Made by a program: the position numbers and the translations under genes. Below the pieces are notes generated by a model, which was given only the letters and a program-made list of their open reading frames with translations, was not told the origin of the DNA and searched no databases. From a bacterium (GTDB taxonomy: Bacteria; Patescibacteriota; Minisyncoccia; Moranbacterales; GWC2-37-73), in contig JBAXDL010000002.1 in assembly GCA_037140955.1 (NCBI GenBank), positions 28,176-92,175 on the forward strand: a stretch of DNA of 64,000 nucleotides, given 5' to 3'. Positions 58,280-64,000 of the stretch are shown in pieces (position 1 is the stretch's first letter; every line of letters begins with the position of its first letter).

Positions 58280-58546
58280 TTAGCAAGAAACACAGGCGCC
58301 TTGCTCAACCATATATTCTGCGCGGTCTCCAAACTCTGCCTGCTTGCCCTTGTTCCATTGAGAAATTGGGCGAATATACCCAACCACACGAGAATAAACT
58401 TCTGTTGCTTGAAAATTTCGAAGCACTGAATCTTTTTGATGACAAGACTTGCATTTAGCAAAGGTTTCTTTGCCGACAGAATATGGCATATATTCTTCAT
58501 TGTGCTCTAGGCTTTTTTGACAATCATGACATGTGTGTTTTTTCAT
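58280..58546 (-). CDS. Standalone NrdD-C-terminal-like mini-protein: Zn-ribbon + glycyl-radical motif (candidate spare-part for NrdD)
   Basis: CHDC...CKSC, then TEVYSRVVGYIRPISQWNKGKQAEFGDRAEY. 29 of 31 residues match the NrdD C-terminus TEVYSRVVGYIRPVEQWNKGKQAEFGDRKEY. The DNA is also similar (58330-58420 versus 58835-58925). Confidence 0.7.
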   Translation of the reverse strand: MKKHTCHDCQKSLEHNEEYMPYSVGKETFAKCKSCHQKDSVLRNFQATEVYSRVVGYIRPISQWNKGKQAEFGDRAEYMVEQGACVSC

Positions 58547-58624
58547 GTTTTTGTTTTTAATTATTTTTTATTTATACTGTTTAATGAAATCTAAATACTT
58601 TTTTACTTAAAGTGCAAGCTTAGA

Positions 58625-58770
58625 TATATTTTATTTTCATCATTGAAAAACAATTACAACTTTCCAAATAACACCAAGAAGGCTTGTTTTTAATTATCTT
58701 TCAAAATCTATGATTTTGTTCAGATAATATATGCCCTTGGGTGAGGTGAAAAAATAAAAAATATCTCAAC
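58625..58770 (-). promoter_or_regulatory. Conserved upstream element, copy 1 (ahead of the mini glycyl-radical gene): a duplicate of the nrdD upstream region
   Basis: atatattttattttcatcattgaaaaacaattacaactttccaaataacaccaagaaggcttgttttt ... aggtgaaaaaataaaaaatatctcaactttct versus 61048-61160. Confidence 0.55.
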
Positions 58771-58779
58771 TTTCTTGTT

Positions 58780-60975
58780 TTATTTTTTCTCCGCACAAGC
58801 AACTTCGCATTTTCCATTTTCATATTCCTTGCGATCTCCAAATTCAGCCTGCTTTCCTTTGTTCCATTGTTCAACGGGGCGAATATACCCAACCACGCGA
58901 GAATAAACTTCGGTTTTTTGTTCAATAACACACTTTGGACAAACTGGTTGTTCGCCGTTGATATATCCATGCACCGGACAAATACTGAAAGTTGGAGAAA
59001 GCGTGAAATATGGCAAAGAATAATTTTCCGCAATCTTTCTGACCAGATTTTTCACCATTTCAATGTCCCAAATTCTTTCCCCCAAGAATCCATGAAGCAC
59101 CGTTCCTCCTGTATATTTTGTTTGCATTTTTTCCTGCAAATCTAAAGCCTCAAAAATATCTTCTGTGAAGTGAACTGGCAATTGTGAAGAATTGGTATAA
59201 TATGGCTCTGCACCTTTTGTTCGAACCGCCACATTGTTTGCAAAAATAATTTCTGGATATTTTTCACGATCCTTTCTGGCCAAGCGATATGATGTTCCTT
59301 CAGCTGGAGTTGCTTCAAGATTGTACATGCTGCCAGTTTCCTCTTGAAATTTGAGCATTTTCTCTCGCATATGCACCAAAATTTCCTCTCCCAAATCCTG
59401 TCCTTCTTTGGTGGTAATATCCTTTCCAATTAAATTTACCAAAGCCTCATTTAATCCAACCAAGCCAATGGTTGAAAAATGATTTGACCAATAAGACCCC
59501 TGACGCATTTTGATCGCATCTAAATAAAATTTGGTGTATGGATATAATCCTTTTTCTGTTAGACTTTCTACTAATTTTCTTTTTGTATCAAGACTTTCCT
59601 TGGCCACATCCATCAATGAATCAAGTTGCACAAAAAATTCTTTTTTGTTTTTTGCGGCATAACCAATACGTGGCATGTTTATTGTTACCACCCCAATTGA
59701 GCCAGTTAGTGGATTTGCGCCAAAGAGTCCTCCACCTCGTTTGCGCAATTCTCGATTGTCCAAACGAAGACGACAGCACATAGAACGAGCATCATCAGGA
59801 TCCATGTCTGAGTTAACAAAGTTTGCAAAATATGGAATGCCATACTTTGCTGTCATTTCCCAAACAGCATCAAAGCGCTTGTCACTCCAATCAAAATCTT
59901 TGGCAATGTTGTATGTCGGAATTGGGAAAGTGAAGATTCGCCCGCTAGCATCACCTTCAGTCATCACCTCAGCAAAGGCGCGATTGATCATGTTCATTTC
60001 ATCTTGAAATTCACCATAAGTTTCTTTTTGTGGAACCCCACCAATGATGACAGCTTCTTTTGCAAGCATTCCTGGTGCGGTCATGTCCATAGTGATGTTT
60101 GAAAATGGTGTTTGAAATCCCACGCGCGTTGAAACATTCATATTGAAAACAAAAGATTGAATTTCTTGTTTAACTTGCTCATAGGTCAATTTGTCATAGC
60201 GCACAAATGGAGCAAGAAGTGTGTCAAAATTTGAAAAAGCTTGCGCTCCAGCAACCTCACCCTGCAAAGTATAAATGAAATTTACCATTTGCCCAAGAAT
60301 TGAACCAAGATGTTTTGCTGGCTTGCAGGCAACCTTTCCAGGCACACCAGTAAATCCCCTGCGAAGCAAATCTTGCAAATCCCAACCACAACAATAGGCA
60401 GCAACCAGCTGCAAATCATGAATGTGAATATCACCACTCTCATTGGCAGATCGAATTTCCTTAGAATAAACACGATTCATCCAATATTTAGAACTAACGA
60501 TTGAAGCGATGTAATTGTTAAGGCCTTGCAAAGAGTATGCCATGTTTGCGTTCTCTTTTACTTGCCAATCTAATTCTTGAATATATTTATCCACTAAACT
60601 TACAGCCTCATCCAGAGAGTGTTCTGTTTCGCGAATTTTTCGATGCTGTTCTCGATACAAAATATATGCCTTGGCAGTTTCCTCATAATCCAAAACCATC
60701 AGCACACGCTCAACCAAATCTTGCAATTGTTCAATTGCTGGAATTTCACCCTTTTTAAAATTTTTGTTCAGCAATTGCACAACTTTGTCAGCAACTTTTT
60801 TGGCATCATCCTTTGTTCCTTCTTTTGTTATTAAAAATGCTCGCTCAACCGCAACTGCAATCTTTTTCTGGTCAAAAGGCACAACCACTCCACTTCTCTT
60901 TACAATCTTTTTCACCAAATTCACAACTTTTTTCTTTTCAATCTTTTTTTCTTCCACCTTCTTTTGATTTTTCAT
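58780..60975 (-). CDS. nrdD: Anaerobic ribonucleoside-triphosphate reductase (class III) with N-terminal ATP-cone
   Basis: ATP-cone VVKRSGVVVPFDQKKIAVAVERAF. C-terminal glycyl-radical motif SRVVGYIRP preceded by a Cys cluster CPVHG...CPKC. 731 aa. Confidence 0.9.
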   Translation of the reverse strand: MKNQKKVEEKKIEKKKVVNLVKKIVKRSGVVVPFDQKKIAVAVERAFLITKEGTKDDAKKVADKVVQLLNKNFKKGEIPAIEQLQDLVERVLMVLDYEETAKAYILYREQHRKIRETEHSLDEAVSLVDKYIQELDWQVKENANMAYSLQGLNNYIASIVSSKYWMNRVYSKEIRSANESGDIHIHDLQLVAAYCCGWDLQDLLRRGFTGVPGKVACKPAKHLGSILGQMVNFIYTLQGEVAGAQAFSNFDTLLAPFVRYDKLTYEQVKQEIQSFVFNMNVSTRVGFQTPFSNITMDMTAPGMLAKEAVIIGGVPQKETYGEFQDEMNMINRAFAEVMTEGDASGRIFTFPIPTYNIAKDFDWSDKRFDAVWEMTAKYGIPYFANFVNSDMDPDDARSMCCRLRLDNRELRKRGGGLFGANPLTGSIGVVTINMPRIGYAAKNKKEFFVQLDSLMDVAKESLDTKRKLVESLTEKGLYPYTKFYLDAIKMRQGSYWSNHFSTIGLVGLNEALVNLIGKDITTKEGQDLGEEILVHMREKMLKFQEETGSMYNLEATPAEGTSYRLARKDREKYPEIIFANNVAVRTKGAEPYYTNSSQLPVHFTEDIFEALDLQEKMQTKYTGGTVLHGFLGERIWDIEMVKNLVRKIAENYSLPYFTLSPTFSICPVHGYINGEQPVCPKCVIEQKTEVYSRVVGYIRPVEQWNKGKQAEFGDRKEYENGKCEVACAEKK

Positions 60976-61047
60976 ATTGTTTTCTCCCCTAAGAGTTATA
61001 TTTTTTAAAAAAATTTTAATTCAAACCAACCCACGTAAACAGTTTGA

Positions 61048-61160
61048 ATATATTTTATTTTTATCACTGAAAAACAATTGCAACCTTTTCAATATAACAC
61101 CAATGATACTTGTTTTAGGTGAAAAAATAAAACATATTCAAACTTTCTCAAAAATACAAT
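61048..61160 (-). promoter_or_regulatory. Conserved upstream element, copy 2 (between nrdR and nrdD): candidate NrdR operator and promoter region
   Basis: atatattttatttttatcactgaaaaacaattgcaaccttttcaatataacaccaatgatacttgtttt aggtgaaaaaataaaacatattcaaactttct. Confidence 0.5.
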
Positions 61161-61176
61161 TTTGCTAAAATATAAA

Positions 61177-61632
61177 TCAATCTTCGACTGACATCTTCTC
61201 AACTTCTCTGCGAAAACTTTCAGCTGTCTTGAATGATTTGTACACACTGGCAAAGCGCAGATATGCCACATCATCCAACTCTTTTAATTTGTCTAAAATC
61301 ATTTTCCCAATTTCCTTGCTTGTGATCTCATTTGATTCTCTGGCCTGAATTTCATATTCAATATCGCCAATTGCTTTTGAAATTTTTTCTTCACTCACTG
61401 GTCTTTTCTCCAGGGCCTTGTGCAAACCAACCTCAATCTTTTTGCGATCATACTCTTGTTTTGAGCCATCACGCTTGATAACACTTAATTTCATTATTTC
61501 CATTTCTTCATAGGTACTGAAACGCGATTGGCATTTTTCGCATTCCCTGCGTCTACGAATGGCCCTTCCCTCATTGGTGTCGCGCGAGTCCACCACCTTT
61601 GTTTCGCTGTGCGCGCAAAAAGGACAAATCAT
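61177..61632 (-). CDS. nrdR: Transcriptional repressor NrdR (Zn-ribbon + ATP-cone)
   Basis: MICPFCAHSETKVVDSRDTNEGRAIRRRRECEKCQSRFSTYE. Confidence 0.9.
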   Translation of the reverse strand: MICPFCAHSETKVVDSRDTNEGRAIRRRRECEKCQSRFSTYEEMEIMKLSVIKRDGSKQEYDRKKIEVGLHKALEKRPVSEEKISKAIGDIEYEIQARESNEITSKEIGKMILDKLKELDDVAYLRFASVYKSFKTAESFRREVEKMSVED

Positions 61633-61984
61633 GTGTTTATTAAATTTCCAATTTCCAACTTTAAATTTTCAATGAAATTCAAAATTATAAATTCAAATTT
61701 CCAATTTAATTTTTAATTTTTTTGTTTTTGATTTTTTATCGCAAATGCAACAAAAAAAGACATTACAATAAAACTTGACAACTTTTATTTTTCACTTTTT
61801 TTGAAACTTGACTTTTTTGATTTTTGTGTACTTTTATACTACATGTTGTGTATTACTAGTTCATTATACCACAAGCCAATAATATGCCAAGCATCCCATT
61901 TTAAGCTATTTTTCAAAGTTATGCACAGAAAAAACTCAAAAAAAACAACCCATTTCCATGAATTGTTTTTTTGATTTTAATTTT

Positions 61985-63706
61985 TTACAAGGCTGTTTCT
62001 TGCCATTTTTGAATTGAAATTGGAAGTGGACAATACAATGTTTCACTCGTAGAAGAGCAAGGCACACCACAGTCTGCATTTGCTGGATACGTTGTTCCAC
62101 CACCGCATGTAGTATCCGTTTTAGCACACATTGGTTTAGCAGTTGTAATTGTTTTTCCTGCTTTATCAGTAGTATTGCAAACAGCGCCAGTTGAAGTCAT
62201 AGGACAAATATATGAATATACTGGAATGCAAGTCTTTTTTGCCGTGCAACTTGCTGGAGAACCACCGCTTTTTCCGTTGCATGTCCAAGACCAAGGTCCA
62301 GATCCTGATACTGCTGGAGTTGAACCATCACCACAGAGACCAACAGGATCAGCTGAAGAAGGAGGGGAAAAAAGATAATCATTGCCTGGATTTGAATATG
62401 AACCACAAACTCCATCTACCGGCGAATTTATCCCAACTGTGACACTTTGATTAACAATGGAAATATTCGATGAATTCAAACACTCCATATTGTAAGTTGT
62501 TGGTACTGTTATGCCACTAAAAATACTTGAACCAGCTGCTGGATCAGGAGCCCAGCCGAGTATTGAACCATAACTATCTATAAACCTACAAGAGGCAGTA
62601 TTGGTTGATAACCATGAAATTGTCGAAGACCCTCCCTGATCAACACTAGTCGGAGACGCTGTCAATGAAAGTGTTGGAGTAGTGCAAGATGAATAATCAA
62701 GAGTTGCAAGTGAACCAGTACCACTATGACAAGTGCAGTCAACAACATAACCAATACCTGGTGGATCTAGAAAGGTTGCGCAGCTAGCATCTGCAGATTC
62801 ATATGGTGCAGCAACCTTAGTATTGTTGTACAAACTAGAACATCCTACCCCACAAGTATACTTTTTGTTGGCAGAGCAAGAGGTTCCACTGCAGGTCCAG
62901 GACCAAGGTCCAGATCCTGATACCGCTGAAGCTGTGCCAGATGAACAAAAGTTGGCAGTTGGAGCAGAGAGGAAATATTGACCATTTGATGAGCCGCATC
63001 CTGATTGAGTTGCAGAGCAACTTGCAGCTGCTCCCCCATATTGTCCAAGGCAACTCCAAGACCAAGCACCAGAAGCTGAAGCTGTGCCAGCTTGGCAAAG
63101 ATTAGAGGTTGGAGCTGACGGGAATGATTGACCATTAGCAGAACCACAGACACCAGGAATTGGGTCATGACACTCACCACCGCCAGAACTAATAGTGCCA
63201 TTATCGCATGACATATAAGTAAAGCCAACATTTGAATTTATAGCATTATCAAATTTTCCAGAAAAATTATAGGCCACTTCCATATTTAAGATAACACCAC
63301 ATTGTTTTGGGTTATCAGATGTTCCCCAATAAGAAGAATAGAAAAAACAATTCCTATTTGCATAGCAAGATGCATCTGAACCACCATTTTTTCCAGCACA
63401 TGTCCAATTCCATGTTCCAGCAAAAGAAACTGGTACCCATGAACCATCTCCACAAAGATTTGAACCTGGTGAATTTAAAAATGATCCACCATGTGATGAG
63501 CCACAAGAACCATTGATTTTTTCATAAGCAATACATGCAGTTTCATTGCTTGGACTAGCTACTGTTTTACATCCCCATTTCCATGCGCCAGCAGGAGAAC
63601 CTGCGACATATGAAACAGCAGTACTTATCTTACTTCCAACAGCACAAAATTCTTGACCCATGATTGGAATTGAAGTTCTCATTGTCCCATCAGCTGAACC
63701 ACACAC
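61985..63706 (-). CDS. Large secreted Cys/Gly/Ser-rich protein built from a roughly 48-aa repeated module (C-terminal part)
   Basis: Repeated module CGS.NGQ.F.SAPT.NLC..GTASA.SG.GPWSW.C.G..GG.AASC.A, at least five copies. Confidence 0.5.
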   Translation of the reverse strand: MCGSADGTMRTSIPIMGQEFCAVGSKISTAVSYVAGSPAGAWKWGCKTVASPSNETACIAYEKINGSCGSSHGGSFLNSPGSNLCGDGSWVPVSFAGTWNWTCAGKNGGSDASCYANRNCFFYSSYWGTSDNPKQCGVILNMEVAYNFSGKFDNAINSNVGFTYMSCDNGTISSGGGECHDPIPGVCGSANGQSFPSAPTSNLCQAGTASASGAWSWSCLGQYGGAAASCSATQSGCGSSNGQYFLSAPTANFCSSGTASAVSGSGPWSWTCSGTSCSANKKYTCGVGCSSLYNNTKVAAPYESADASCATFLDPPGIGYVVDCTCHSGTGSLATLDYSSCTTPTLSLTASPTSVDQGGSSTISWLSTNTASCRFIDSYGSILGWAPDPAAGSSIFSGITVPTTYNMECLNSSNISIVNQSVTVGINSPVDGVCGSYSNPGNDYLFSPPSSADPVGLCGDGSTPAVSGSGPWSWTCNGKSGGSPASCTAKKTCIPVYSYICPMTSTGAVCNTTDKAGKTITTAKPMCAKTDTTCGGGTTYPANADCGVPCSSTSETLYCPLPISIQKWQETAL

Positions 63707-64000
63707 TCCCGATGGAACAAGACATATTGAACCAGAAAGGGTTCCACCAGAAGGACATGAAAATCAATTGGAAGTTTTGCTTGTGGGTTATAGCAATCAG
63801 CTCCACCACTCATGGGATAACTTATTGCTAGCTCTGGTATTGTACACATAAATTGCCTGTGACATATTGTGAAGCAGTTATTTCCCTGTATTGTCATTCC
63901 CCTATAATTTCCAAGACCACATGATCCAATATTAACAGAACAAGATGGAGTTGCATCATAAGCCTTAACACTTCTAGAGTCAAAAATCCCAAACAATATT
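63679..64000 (-). CDS. Upstream continuation of the same Cys-rich gene in another frame (frameshift or fragment); runs off the window end
   Basis: Cys-rich composition up to about 63780. It overlaps the downstream ORF by 28 nt in a different frame. Confidence 0.3.
   Translation of the reverse strand, partial: ILFGIFDSRSVKAYDATPSCSVNIGSCGLGNYRGMTIQGNNCFTICHRQFMCTIPELAISYPMSGGADCYNPQAKLPIDFHVLLVEPFLVQYVLFHRECVVQLMGQ

Noticed and set aside
58120-59033. ORFs 58120-58500 and 58701-59033 overlapping the mini glycyl-radical gene and the nrdD 3' end in other frames
   Set aside because: They are alternative frames of sequence that clearly encodes NrdD-like protein. Low-complexity translations.
60976-61176. 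Attempt to pinpoint individual NrdR boxes (acaCwAtATaTwGtgt-type palindromes) upstream of nrdD
   Set aside because: No 16-bp palindrome with a convincing match was found by eye. Only the duplicated conserved block is reported.

Overview
This is a 64 kb AT-rich window in which almost every gene lies on the minus strand. It looks like a small-genome bacterium of the candidate phyla radiation (Patescibacteria) type. The evidence is a complete str/S10/spc ribosomal-protein superoperon (rpsL-rpsG-fusA ... tuf-rpsJ ... rplO-secY-adk-map) with rpsE directly abutting rplO (no L30 gene), a 61-aa type-Z S14, standard-code reading of tuf and fusA, and very few Shine-Dalgarno sequences.

The other content, from left to right:
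- A 5'-truncated RND efflux pump, then a two-HKD PLD-family protein next to a standalone GHKL ATPase.
- A short SMC lacking a recognisable hinge.
- Glycolysis genes (tpiA, fba, gap) wrapped around a minimal two-subunit group-3 [NiFe]-hydrogenase cluster that also carries hypC, a Cys-less HypA-like gene, an Avd-like four-helix-bundle gene and an unknown 220-aa protein.
- galT-family, GT2 and ruvX genes, followed by a YhbQ-type GIY-YIG nuclease gene flanked by perfect 28-bp hairpin-containing inverted repeats. A third copy of that repeat sits between tuf and fusA.
- Inside the ribosomal operon, three copies of a roughly 85-bp repetitive element in intergenic spacers; many other spacers are filled with short tandem repeats. 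About 1.9 kb with three non-ribosomal genes separates tuf from fusA.
- rpmB, a site-2 protease, exonuclease, YgjP and a transglutaminase-like protein, then ndk and a ComEC split by an in-frame TAA directly followed by ATG.
- An ApbE (FAD:protein FMN transferase) plus MsrQ-like heme-membrane module with extracytoplasmic Ca-binding repeats.
- Tandem paralogous Ig/FN3 surface proteins that share a 138-bp identical 5' end.
- An nrdR-nrdD-nrdG locus in which a recently duplicated mini-gene encodes only the NrdD C-terminal Zn-ribbon and glycyl-radical domain, with the upstream region of nrdD duplicated in front of it.
- A large Cys/Gly-rich secreted repeat protein running off the right end of the window.

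I found no tRNA, rRNA or CRISPR. All calls rest on reading the translated ORFs and the raw sequence; no searches were run.
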